This document shows positions 51,671 through 64,000 of a stretch of DNA of 64,000 bases, piece by piece (position 1 is the first letter of the stretch; the number at the start of each line of letters is the position of its first letter). The notes under the pieces were generated by a model. It did not search any database. It was not told where the DNA came from and worked only from the letters and a program-made list of their open reading frames with translations. Source of the DNA: Nemertoderma westbladi (taxonomy: Eukaryota; Animalia; Xenacoelomorpha); NCBI GenBank assembly GCA_032718475.1, contig JAUCBJ010003286.1, positions 1 to 64,000 of the forward strand. The letters run 5' to 3'. The position numbers were made by a program, and so were the translations under genes.

Positions 51671-54600
51671 TTATATTTCGCTATCTTTAGTCGACTCCAT
51701 TCCATCAATAATGTCTTTTCTGTCCACAATTACTTCAGGAGTTAGCGAATTCTTCAGTTTCTGTTAAAAAAAATGTAAAAGGAAAGTGTTTAAAATCTCG
51801 GGAAAAATAGCCGAGCTGGTGTAGTTGGAGTTGCTTCCGAATATTTCTCGAAACTTCATACCTTAACAATACCATTCTGTCTGCACCTAATCTGTCTGTC
51901 TGTCTGTACCTAATCATAGTCAGTCTGTCTCTATGTACCTAGTAGGTCTGTTTGTACCTAGTCAGCAGTCTGTCTGTACCTAGTCTGTCTGTCTGTACCT
52001 AGTCTGTCTGTCTGTACCTAGTCTGTCTGTCTGTACCTAGTCAGTCTGTATGTACCTAGGCAGTCTGTCTATACCTAGTCAGTTTGTCTGTACCTAGTCA
52101 GCAGTCTGTCTGTACCTAGTCTGTCTGTCTGTACCCAGTCTGTCTGTCCGTACCTAGTCTGTCTGTCGGTACCTAGTCTGTCTGTCGGTACCTAGTCTGG
52201 CTGTCTGTACCTAGTTTGTCTGTCTGTACCTAGTCTATCTGTCTGTACCTAGTCAGTTTGTCTGTACCTAGTCTGTCTGTCTGTACCTAGTCAGTCTGTC
52301 GGTACCTAGTCTGGCTGTCTGTACCTAGTTTGTCTGTATGTACCTAGTCTATCTGTCTGTACCTAGTCAGTTTGTCTGTACCTAGTCTGTCTGTCTGTAC
52401 CTAGTCAGTCTGTCTGTACCTAGTCACTCTGTCTCTACCTAGTCTGTCTGTCTGTACTTAGTCAGTCTGTCTCTACCTAGTCAGTCTGTCTGTTCCTAGT
52501 CTGTCTGCCTGTACCTAGTCTGTATGCCTGTACCTAGTCAGTCTGTCTGTACCTAGTCTGTCTGTCTGTATCTAGTCTGTCTGTCTGTACCTAGTCTGTC
52601 TGTATGTACCTAGTCAGTCTGTCTGTACCTGGTCTGTCTATCTGTACCTAGTCAGTCTGTGTGTACCTAGACAGTCTGTATGTACCTAGGCAGTCTGTCT
52701 GTACCTAGTCTGTCTGTCTGTACCTAGTCTGTCTGTCTGTACCTAGTCAGTCTGTATGTACCTAGGCAGTCTGTCTGTACCTAGTCAGTTTGTCTGTACC
52801 TAGTCAGCAGTCTGTCTGTACCTAGTCTGTCTGTCTGTACCCAGTCTGTCTGTCCGTACCTAGTCTGTCTGTCGGTACCTAGTCTGTCTGTCGGTACCTA
52901 GTCTGGCTGTCTGTACCTAGTTTGTCTGTCTGTACCTAGTCTATCTGTCTGTACCTAGTCAGTTTGTCTGTACCTAGTCTGTCTGTCTGTACCTAGTCAG
53001 TCTGTCGGTACCTAGTCTGGCTGTCTGTACCTAGTTTGTCTGTCTGTACCTAGTCTATCTGTCTGTACCTAGTCAGTTTGTCTGTACCTAGTCTGTCTGT
53101 CTGTACCTAGTCAGTCTGTCTGTACCTAGTCACTCTGTCTCTACCTAGTCTGTCTGTCTGTACTTAGTCAGTCTGTCTCTACCTAGTCAGTCTGTCTGTT
53201 CCTAGTCTGTCTGCCTGTACCTAGTCTGTATGCCTGTACCTAGTCAGTCTGTCTGTACCTAGTCTGTCTGTCTGTATCTAGTCTGTCTGTCTGTACCTAG
53301 TCTGTCTGTATGTACCCAGTCAGTCTGTCTGTACCTGGTCTGTCTATCTGTACCTAGTCAGTCTGTGTGTACCTAGACAGTCTGTATGTACCTAGGCAGT
53401 CTGTCTGTACCTAGTCTGTCTGTCTGTACCTAGTCAGTCTGTCTGTACCTAGTCAGTCTGTCTGTACCTAGTCTGTCTGTCTGTACCTAGTCTGTCTGCC
53501 AGTACCTAGTCAGTCTGTCTGTACCAAGTCTGTCTGTCTGTACCTAGTCAGTCTGTCTGTACCTAGTCTGTCTGTCTGTACCTAGTCAGTCTGTCTGTAC
53601 CTAGTCTGTCTGTCTGTACCTAGTCTGTCTGTCTGTACCTAGTCTGTCTGTCTGTACCTAGTCAGTCTGTCTATACCTAGTCTGTCTGTCTGTACCTAGT
53701 CTGTCTGTCTGTACCTAGTCTGTCTGCCTGTACCTAGTCAGTCTGTCTGTACCTAGTCAGTCTGTCTATACCTAGTCTGTCTGTCTGTACCTAGTCTGTC
53801 TGTCTGTATCTAGTCTGTCTGTCTGTACCTAGTCTGTCTGTCTGTACCTAGTCTGTCTGCCTGTACCTAGTCTGTCTGCCTGTACCTAGTCAGTCTGTCT
53901 GTACCTAGTCAGTCTGTCTATACCTAGTCTGTCTGTCTGTACCTAGTCTGTCTGTCTGTATCTAGTCTGTCTGTCTGTACCTAGTCTGTCTGTCTGTACC
54001 TAGTCTGTCTGTCTGTACCTAGTCAGTCTGTCTGTACCTAGTCAGTCTGTCTGTACCTAGCCTGTCTGTTTGTACCTAGTCTGTCTGTCTGTACCTGTCA
54101 GTCTATCTGTACCTAGTCAGTCTGTCTGTACCTAGTCTGTCTGTCTGTACCTAGTCTGTCTGCCTGTACCTAGTCAGTCTGTCTGTACCTAGTCAGTCTG
54201 TCTGTACCTAGTCTGTCTGTCTGTACCTAGTCTGTCTGTCTGTGCCAAGCCTGTCTGACTCTGGTCGCTTTCACATTTTTATGTGATAAATCACAATCTT
54301 AACATGTCGCGTCGCTCATTGATTACATTTTGACTTGGTGTTTTCACAAAGTTTGCAACAACTCCAGTGATTGGTAGCGAACTTATTAAGTGTATCACAA
54401 TTTTATAAATCAATAACATTTCTATGGGTGGGAAGGGGGGGGGGGGGGGGTGCGGTGGGTTTGGTGTAAATTGAAGGGGTGGTTAGCATTCCTCCACGCA
54501 CCTATCCTGGCCCTAATTTAATGAGGGGCTAGTTTGCAACAAAAGGACCCAAAAAACTTTTTTGAGGGATTTTAGTTCCAAAATGGCGCATTATGTTTCT

Positions 54601-54674
54601 CGCGAAAAGAGTTCAGTTGCCATAAATAGATGCAGAGGACAGCTAAAGATACTATACAGTATATTCAAAACAAA

Positions 54675-54707
<33 letters not shown>

Positions 54708-57700
54708 CCCCACCTCCCCACCCCACATTAAGGAAATTTAATGTAATACTAAATTCAACGTACCTGTTGCAGCGTACCAGGAGTTTTAATGAATTTATAA
54801 ATTGCATATGTCGGAATACACAATAAAGAGCTTAACGTCATTGAAACAGACAAAACCTTGGTCCACATTGGTAAAGGTTCCCCATTAACTAACGGGAATT
54901 GAAATTCTTTCCATCCAAATATCAATGTAAACTAAAATATTAATAGAAGTTAAAAAATATCACTTTTACGTGTAAATTAATGGTGATTCTATTAGTTAAT
55001 TAATATTAATTTGGTGAGTTAAATAGTGTTAATTATATTAGTTAAATAATATGTGTATTAGTCAAATAATAGGCCCCATTAATTATGCGTTTTAATTCAC
55101 AATTAATCTCCGTAACGCTTATATTACAAATTATAGTGCAAATTTTCTACATAGGGAATATGCGTGGGGGGTCACTTATTACAACCATGGTTTGTGTTCA
55201 TGATTATTTTATAATTTATTTCATTTTAAAATTTAATATTTTAAATAAAATGGTGTTTATTAGTACAAATATATTGAAATTGAATTCCACTTACTATAAG
55301 GAAAGCAGGACTGAGAAAGGCCCAACAGACATTCCAGAATTTCCCAGGGCGGTAGCCAATCATTTCCTTGATGTGGTCACTGACGTTTCGGTAACCATAG
55401 AACCAACTAATCACGATAATCTCGATACAAACGACCACAAATAACGCATTAGGTACCACTAGAGCTTCATACAATGTCAACACATAACTTCCTCCCTAAA
55501 TAACAACATGCCACGATTATTACATTGTTAGGCATCTAATTAAACCTAATTATATTTGGTATTTGCTAAGTTTTGCCAAACGAAATTTGTAAACCTAAAT
55601 TTGAAGGTGAGAGGGTTGGTTAATTTTGGTACCCAAATCGTTACACTTTTTAAATTTATACATCAATATTATTATGATGATTGTTAATAGGAATTAAATT
55701 AATCAATTGAATCAAAACTTAATCTTTTTACTATGAATTATTAAGTAGATAATTAATAATTAACTAACCCATGTTAGCGTTGGAAGTGCGCCAAGGTAAG
55801 AAATAATAAGCAACACAAAAACGAAAACTTCTCTACGGTTGCCAAGTACCTGAGGGAACGCATCGCTCATTGCTGTGATTACCGATTCCAGCCCACCAAA
55901 CTGAAAGTAAAATAGCTGAAAATAAGTTTGGTATAAAAGGTTTTATGTAAATCATGAGTTAAATTAACTGTTAAATTTAGAACTGTGTCTGTGAATTAAC
56001 TCTAAATCAGTTTTATTTACGTCTTTATTAATAACTGTTAATGTTACGCACCGTACTATCCAATCCGAGAGTGATAAGCATTAAGAAAAATGCTATACTC
56101 CAGAAGGAAGCCCCTGGCATGAGAGCAAGAGCTTCGGGGTAAACAATAAAGATCAGTCCGTGTCCGTAGTCATTCTGAACGACCTGAAATAGACGGCAAA
56201 TGTAGAGCAATTTGGTCAATCTGTTCAACCTCTACCGGTACGATGAATGGTAAGTGTAGTACAATAGATAGTGAAAGTAAAGTAAAGTTAACGTTGGGCG
56301 TGAAATCCGAAACACCGGAGGCAACCCGGAGGCTCTAGTCGCTTTGCATGTTATTTCTAAGACTGGGAGGACGCCACACTAACTCCCAATGGTGAATACT
56401 CCATAAAACTATTCAACCCTAAAATACTTAAACCTAGAGTGACGGACGATATAATGATAATAGTTATTGTGAATGCGTTGTAGTGATACAGATAACGGGC
56501 GAGGTCGGCCTACTTACCTTGTCAACAGTTGTTCCTTCAATTTTAGCGAGGTACCCAAGAACAGAAAAAATAACAAAACCAGCCATCAAACTTGTAAATG
56601 AGTTAATTAGAGCCACAGCAACGGCATCTCTGAAAGTAAACGAATTATCTTTGGTTTTTCTGTGAACGAATAAACTAAACAATACAACTGGATAACACAG
56701 ATAATGGGTAAATAAAAATTAACCGGGAATGAGTTGACGTAAACTTCGTCAATGGGAATCCTTCCATTGATAAGCCACGTTGGAGTGAGTGCTATACTAT
56801 TATAGCATCGTCGATCTTCCTCAAGATCTTCCATAGATATTTCATTATCAGTTTGCTAACAGGGGTTAAACCTCGGTTGACCCATTGTTAAGAGAGAGAC
56901 CCAATTGCTCAGCTGAGTCGCTATGGTGTTTAAGGATTCTTCGTCTGCCAACCATTCAATAATATCTAACCGCATGAACTGTCCGCACATATGATATGAT
57001 ATCATCATGATGAAAAAAAACATATATCATTGTTTGATTTCAAATAGGACTATACTATTTCATATATTCCTTAACTGGTTAAAACAATATGAAATATAAT
57101 AGTGCAACAATTTACAAATGATTTATAATACTTACTTGTAACAGTTGTTGTTGAATTGGTTGTAGCTTGCTAGAGCTAGAATCACACCAAATCCTGGACC
57201 CAATGAAAAAAATATCTGTTGCGCCGCATCCAGCCAGACCTTGGCTTCTTGAAGCTTATCCAGTCTGGGGGTGACGTAATATATTATGCCTTCCAGAGAT
57301 CCAGGCAATGTGACACCTCGTATGAGCAGGATAAGTAGTACAATATATGGGAATGTGGCTGTCACCCAAACAACCTAAAGGTTTATGATAAGTAGTACAA
57401 TATATATATACTGTAAGTATTTATTTAACAACCTAAATAATTTATTATAGTAATTTCCACTTATCGTTATGCTAACCTTGCCTGATCCCTTTATGCCTTT
57501 CCAAAGCGAGAAATATACTAGAACGTAAATTGATAGAAGGCACAGGGCAAGTTGCCAGCGTATGTTACCAATATCATTGATACCAGTTGAACGATGGGCT
57601 TCTAAAACATTCAGACTGCAAATAAATGGTTATATTTAGAAAGTAATGTAGGAGGAACCGAAACAGTAAATGTTATAATATTTATTATAATAACAATAAA

Positions 57701-60700
57701 AGCTCTTCATTGGCTTATGGATTTCATCTTACAAGTACATGATTGCTAATTTGGTTTAATGAAGCCGTCATAAAGGCTTGACATTATTGGTACAGCATTA
57801 CGGAGAACTCTGAAACAGGTGTGAATGAGGATTGAGTTCGAGTCCGAGTTCTTTTACTACAGTGCTGTGCGAGTTGTTATACTGTAGTAACTATACAACT
57901 TTTTATAATATAATATTTTACATACTTGAAGAATTCAACGGCTGCTGATGTGTGGTTTCTCCATGATTGCGAGGTTTCGTTTCCGCTCTGCTCCAGACAG
58001 TCGTGGGAATTCCATTCGTTATCGCAGGTAGTCCAGGGAAGTCGGTTGGTGAAGCAATGGGCCAGGTAGTAAACGGCCCAACTTATTAACGTGTTGTAGA
58101 AAAAACTCGTGTAAATGTTGATGATGCAAATTGCGAATCCAATTCCTAGTAAATAATATAATGAGGAAAAGTGAAAAGAAAATTCCTTACTCGGTTGTGG
58201 TGTATCAAGCGAATCTAAATATATATATCCCACCACCCCAAGATGAATTTAGTTAAGGCTACCAATTAAAGTCATCCCAAAATAGATGAAAATTTCACCA
58301 AAAAAAATTATTTTACACCAAATTAAATAATGTGACCCCAAAAAAATTATTCAACACCAAATAAAATAAAGTCACACCAAATAAAATTATTCAAACACCA
58401 AAATAAATTATTCAAAACCAAAAAAAATTATACAATACCAAAACCAATTATTCAATACCAAAATAAATAAATGCTCCCCAAAACCAATATTATTAGCACC
58501 AAAATAAATGACAAAAACCCCAAAATAATTACAAATTTTCCCAAAACAAATACAGTTTCCCCCAAAACAAATACATTTTAGCCCAAAATAAATACATTTT
58601 CCCCCAAAACAAATACATTTTTGCCCAAAATAAATACATAATCCCCCAAAATAAATACTATACTACTGCAGCAATAGGCCTTGCACTTCCTGGAAGTTAG
58701 ACAAAAACTTCAGTACTGCCGTAATACTGAAACCTGATAACAGAAAAAGTAATAGGCCATAGGCAATAAGAGATACTGTAGGCAATAGGCCTATAGGTAC
58801 GAATACTGAAACTGTAGTAGGCCTAATACTGTAGGTACATAGGTACGAAACCTAATAACAGAATACGTTGTTCTGAAGGCAATAGGCCTATCGGTACGAA
58901 TACTGAAACTGTAGTAGGCCTAATACTGTAGGTACATCGGTACGAAACCTAATAACAGAATACGTTGTTCTGAAGGCAATAGGCCTATCGGTACGAATAC
59001 TGAAACTGTAGTAGGCCTAATACTGTAGGTACATCGGTACGAAACCTAATAACAGAATACGTTGTTCTGAAGGCAATAGGCCTATCGGTACGAATACTGT
59101 AACTGAAGACTGAAGCATGTGCCCATGTGAAGAATACTAGGATTCAATATAAAATATTTGGTGCTGGAATAATTTTTTTGGTTGACAAGTAATTATTTTT
59201 GGGGGATCAATAATTGTTTTTGGGGAATCAATAATTGTTTTTCGGGGATGAATATTTGTTTTTGGGGGATGAATAATTGTTTTTGGGGGATGAATAATTG
59301 TTTTTGGGGGATGAATAATTAATAATAAGAATACAGTTTATGCGTTTAATAATAAGAATATCTTTTGTTGATTTACATGACAAGCAGATTACAGATTGCA
59401 GATTACATGACAATCATTGTGTCCATAATTAATTTCGACATTATGACATGTCAATTTGAAAATTTTATTTATTTATTAATAAATAAAAATAACCATATCA
59501 ACAATAATTAACAGTAAAAAAGTAATTCAATCAGAGATTAAATATAATATAATACAATTAATACGATTAAAATGTAATCAGTAGTTACCCAAATCAGCGC
59601 CATGCAAACCCGCGCCGTCGCCAAATCCCAAGCCCCGCCACGGACGCCGACCTCCACGGAGGCCGAGGGAGCTAGACCGGAGGAGCGCGAACTGCAGCCG
59701 CCGGCAAACACCCCCTAGCACGCACGCGAGGCCCCTCTCACGCATACAACCCCGCCGAGCCACAAGTGACTCCGCTAGATGGCGAATTAGTATTTGAGCC
59801 TCGGTGCACCAGACACCATTGGTGGTGCCAACCAGGGGGGTGAAGGCCATCCTCCGGTCGTTGCAGACGGTCTGGTAGTGTCGGTTCTTCAGCCGACACC
59901 TCTCCTCCAGGAGAGACGCAGTTGAACGGTTGGTCTGGACATACGAGGTGGCGTCAGCATTGATAATGCAATGTTGAACGACGCCACCCGTTGATTGGCC
60001 CAGACCCCCCGAGCAACCAGGTCTGCCTGTACGCCCCCCACCTCACGGCCCTCCCGATCCAAGAACCCCCTGGAAAGAGTCACTTCCCAATCAACGCTGG
60101 AAGGACCAACCACAGAGGCTATCAGCTCCCCGAATACCTCCCAGGCCTCATCATGGCGCTTTATCACCAGCCCACCGGACTTGCAGCTCAAAGCATGGGA
60201 TGTGGAGAATGGGCCCCCACCGGACAATCAGCGGAGTGCCAGACAATCCTGGAACTCCTCCGGGCTTAAGTCCGTGTTGTCCAGCACCGATGGCTGGGCT
60301 GTCAGCCAGCCTCTGGTACTGTGCTGGGTTGCCCGCTCCACTGTCCACCTTCTGCCGGCGGGTAGCTCCCGTACAGTCGCCTCCTGCTTCGCCATATATG
60401 AGGAACAAATCTTCCTCAATAGGCCCAACGTGGACACCAAACAGGGATGGGATATACTCTCGCGTGAGTGCTGTCCGTATGGGTATGAGGTCTTCCTCGT
60501 CAACAGGTACTACACGCAGGAGGTAGTCCCGCTCAGCTTGTAGGCATCTCGACATCCCGGTGTGAGCAGTTTGAGGGAACTGTTTGGCGATTTCGGAAAG
60601 CCACTCGATACTTTTGACCCAGCCAGCTACTTTATCCTCTACATACTCCTTCCGGCCAACTGTTGAACTGATGTAGCCACCGAGAAACCTCTGTCCCAAC

Positions 60701-63700
60701 ACGATCCGGATTCCGGATGGACCAAACAGCGCCTGTGCCTCGTCCTCGAAACCCGGCTTGACGATTAAGAAGCTCTTAGTCGGCTTTCTAGGTGTATCCT
60801 ATACCAGGTCCCAGTTTACACAGCTCACGCCACCAGCTCCAGACCCCCCTGAGTGAGCCGGCTGAGGAGGCGTCGTCTGCATACCAGCACTGTCACTGGG
60901 ATTCATTAATGGAACCTGATGACACGTCGAGTGACTCTTGGACATCGTCAGTATATGATCCTGGAACAGGAGAGGAGTCAAATTCCCTGGAGGAGCCCGG
61001 AGTAGGGTCAGGTTCCCATGGAGGAGTGGAGGCGACAGATGTAGCGTCCAAACTGGAGGAGCCAGGAGTGGAGTCAGGATCCCATGGCGGAGTGGAGGCG
61101 ACCAATGTAGCATCCAAACTGGAGGAGCCCAGAGTGGAGTCAGGATCCCATGGAGCAGTGGAGGCGACCAAAGTAGTGTCCAAACTGAAGGAGCCCGGAG
61201 TGGAGTCAAGATCCCATGGCGGAGTGGAGGGGACCAATGTAGCATCCAAACTGGAGGAGCCCGGAGTGGAGTCAAGATCCCATGCCGGAGTGGAGGCGAC
61301 CAATGTTGCGTCCAAACTGGAGGAGCCCAGAGTGGAGTTGAGATCGCCCGAAGGAGTTGATTCCAAAATGGGTGGGCCCTGGGAGTTGTCAGGTGGGGTG
61401 GAGGCAACAGGGGAGGCATGTATGTTGGAACCCAGAGATGAGACGGGATGGAGTGAGGCTGAGGCCGTAATCGACCGCAACTTCCTAATCATGGGGATAA
61501 CACCCCCGCCATATGCTAGCACAGCGATTGGATCACCCTGGGTCCAACCCTCTTGGCTCCACAGTGGAGGACCTTCACTCCCATGAATATAGAGAGCAGC
61601 GTGGCCATTGTAGGCGTTATATAGGAACCTAGAAGCCCGGTGCCAATATATCCGACAGTTCCAGAGACCGACTGGACGACTGATGCTGTTGAAAGCGTTT
61701 GTAACATCGACCAACAGCATTACCTCGGTATCCTCCTCCTCAAAAATGGCCGACATTGCGTGGACCGCACCCTCAATGCCAGCCTTTACTCCAGCACAGA
61801 GTTGATCGGCCCTACACTGGGCGATGAGGTCCATTTTGGTTACAAAAGCGATGCAGTTTGATAGAAGCCGATGGTGTTGGCGAGTCGTCGTGCCAACCCA
61901 GACACCGCCACTCGGAGCCAGGCACTGTGTGCTTCATAGCGGGTCAATACGGTGCTCCACCACTCGGCATCACCACCAGCAGGACCAGCGCTGCCACTGA
62001 GAGATCGGGCTACCTTCAACACCACCTGTCCCATAACGTTGACCCCCTCAAAAGGCGGGAGGTCAGGGCAATGTTCGAATGAGTCTGGTGAAACCGCCAT
62101 TTGGGGTGGATGTTTCGATTGAAGAACATCACGGACGGTGACTCCCGGGGGCTGACCCACCGCCTGGGCATTCAGGTCGAGGATACCGCTGGTTTCGTGG
62201 TCTGTCGCAGATCGAACCGCCACCCGGTTCATACCTGCTAGGATTTTCCTATTATAAACTCTTGCTGCGTTATCCATGTTCGAACCATGCGCAAACCGGA
62301 TAGGAAACTTTGAGTTACAACGTTCGGCCTCGGTAAGAAGGGAGTCAAACCCACCCATCTCACACATCCCCACACGCCTCAGATGGTCCTTCTAATATCT
62401 GGGGTCTTGACCACGTCAGGGTCCCTCTGGAAGACCATGGCTATGAAGCACATTGGACGCTCTGATGGGAAAACCCCACCTGTAAGATTATCGATTTCCT
62501 GAGTGAGGACGTCGACAACCTTTCTCCCTGCATTTCCTCCCGGGACGATATAACAGCGGCTGGGTAGGCGGGTCAGGCGGGTGTGTCGGTCTTCCCACAT
62601 TTGGTCTGTAGAGGAAACGGGGCCGTTTAACCACACCCCCTCGAACGCAGTCTCCAGAACTTCAGTAGTCGAAAGAACCTGCCGGGGTTGCACTGGAAGT
62701 TGGACCTGGGCGACTGGAGGATCAATGGAACTCGACTGAACCGAACCGCCTTGGGCCCCATGGACATATAGTTGAGCTATACCTGGGTCACTAAAATGAC
62801 TGGGGGTCGAAGTAGTCGGGATCAAAGTAGTCGAAAAAGGGTTTTCACAGTTTCCCGTAGACAAAGGGTACAGCTTCCACAAGGACGCTTCGATCGAACG
62901 CAGCCGCATCGGCTAGTTGGGGCACATGAGCGCACCCCACAGTTACAACAACGTTGGGACCCTTGTTGCATCTCTAACAACTAATTCAATCGAGAAATAT
63001 AGCGAGTAATACAATATAATAATACATTGGCTCCAGACAGTCTGGCAGTGTCAAACAGGTTCCACCGGTAATAAATTGATAACGGTAGTAGTGTTTCAAG
63101 CCGAAGAAGAGTCCAGTTAGAGAACCGTCGGTGAGTAGATGTTAGTGAGAAACAGCCGTGGAAGAGTCTAGTTAGAGAACCGTCGGTGAGTAGATGTTAG
63201 TGAGAAAGTGAGTTTGTATTCAATAATTTGAATAATTGTTTTTGGTGAGAGGGCTATTCAATATTGGGGGATGTGAATTGGTGCTACAAAAAAATATATT
63301 TGGTGGAAAATAATTTATTTTGGTGTTAAATAATCTAATTTGTGGTGGCATTCAATCAGTGGCGTTTAGTTAATAGTACTTGCAAACTATATCTTCATTG
63401 ACACGCTATTAATTCCTAGTATATAATTAGAGAGATTTAAAATAACAACCCTTTTTAACATTTATTTTCCAATACAGTCTTCTCTCATTAGCAGTTTCGT
63501 TATTGTTATGTACCTGTAATATAAGAGTAAAGGTGGCGGGAGATTTGAACTTGGGAGGGGGATAGATCGGGTAGGAAATCCTCTTATCTGTAGGCCTACT
63601 GTGCTTGTATAATATTAACAATAAATATATACTTACACATATTAATACATACCTACTAATTATTCACATATGTTATATTATATTGTTCCGTTATATGGGC

Positions 63701-63968
63701 CTCATAAGGATACAAGAGTTATGTTACAAATGTGGAAAAAAATTTGATACATACTATTGTTGTAAACTAATTTACAGTTTTCTGTGCTAAATTTGTTATT
63801 TTTTATGTTTGTTAATAGTTAGTTAGTACTTGCCTTTAAAAAGAGGGCATAATTTATTCCAGACTGTGATGCATCCACTTTTTGTATACTGACCAAGCGA
63901 TAGTTCCATAAAAAATATAGGCATTCCCCCAAACACCAACATCAGAAAGTAAGGGATCAAAAACGCAC
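51671..63968 (-). CDS. SLC6A4: SLC6 monoamine transporter, serotonin-transporter-like (5' exons outside window)
   Basis: Phase-consistent exons 63834-63968, 57926-58145, 57477-57615, 57136-57374, 56518-56629, 56052-56183, 55769-55900, 55295-55495, 54764-54931 and 51671-51760 (stop). Motifs [44 protein letters not shown] and LGLDSTFGGLE. Confidence 0.9.
51885..54260. repeat. 19-bp minisatellite GTCTGTACCTAGTCTGTCT in the last SERT intron
   Basis: Directly visible, ~125 units, with a higher-order duplication of period 706. Confidence 0.97.
58250..59330. mobile_element. Probable non-autonomous DNA transposon with CCAAAATAAAT subterminal arrays and a central 97-bp tandem repeat (58780-59100); right arm resumes at ~63220-63370
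   Basis: CCAAAA arrays on the left, TTTTGG arrays on the right; AGGCAATAGGCC recurs at 58877, 58974 and 59071. Confidence 0.55.
59465..63207 (-). mobile_element. Near-full-length CRE-like (RLE-type) non-LTR retrotransposon, disrupted, inside a SERT intron
   Basis: From ATG at 62971: Cys-rich N-terminus, RT ([43 protein letters not shown]) and C-terminal HALSC..RHDE..ADL..FTPLV RLE. Several stops and frameshifts; 55-bp tandem repeat at the 5' end (63106/63161). Confidence 0.88.
60985..61345 (-). repeat. 66-bp coding tandem repeat (22 aa, [22 protein letters not shown]), 5-6 copies
   Basis: TCCAAACTGGAGGAGCC recurs at 61047, 61113 and onward, in frame in ORF 60893-61834. Confidence 0.92.
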
Positions 63969-64000
63969 CTGGAGATTGAAAAATGCAATTAGCTTGTATA

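Noticed and set aside
54676-54725. Long poly-C/poly-G runs (also 13133, 27016, 38574, 54436) as G-quadruplex regulators
   Set aside because: Common within repeats here, homopolymer length is unreliable, and there is no functional evidence.
60792-61586. 264-aa plus-strand ORF with [10 protein letters not shown] repeats
   Set aside because: Antisense shadow of the CRE repeat insertion.

Overview
AT-rich, repeat-dense eukaryotic genomic DNA, most likely from a bilaterian invertebrate (inferred from a serotonin-transporter-like gene). Genes: a 10-exon SERT/SLC6A4-like gene on the minus strand (51671-63968, 5' end outside the window, one GC-AG intron); intact single-exon genes for a 5'(3')-deoxyribonucleotidase, an Mpv17/PMP22 protein and an ADAP/centaurin-alpha with a long N-terminal extension; two Lys/Ala-rich paralogues sharing a near-identical C-terminal half and a repeated motif; a Ly6/uPAR-like GPI-anchored gene broken by three successive +1 frameshifts; and a weakly supported spliced gene near 25-27 kb. 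The rest is nested mobile DNA: RTE LINE copies, a fragmented CR1/L2-group LINE in a tandem duplication, two CRE-like retrotransposons, tRNA-derived SINEs, MULE-type non-autonomous elements with clear TSDs, MITEs, Helentron-associated (HINE-like) elements, and three long arrays ((GTCT)n, a palindromic 21-mer, and a 19-mer with a 706-bp higher-order repeat). No CRISPR, rRNA or intact tRNA seen. All family assignments come from motif recognition by eye, not database searches.
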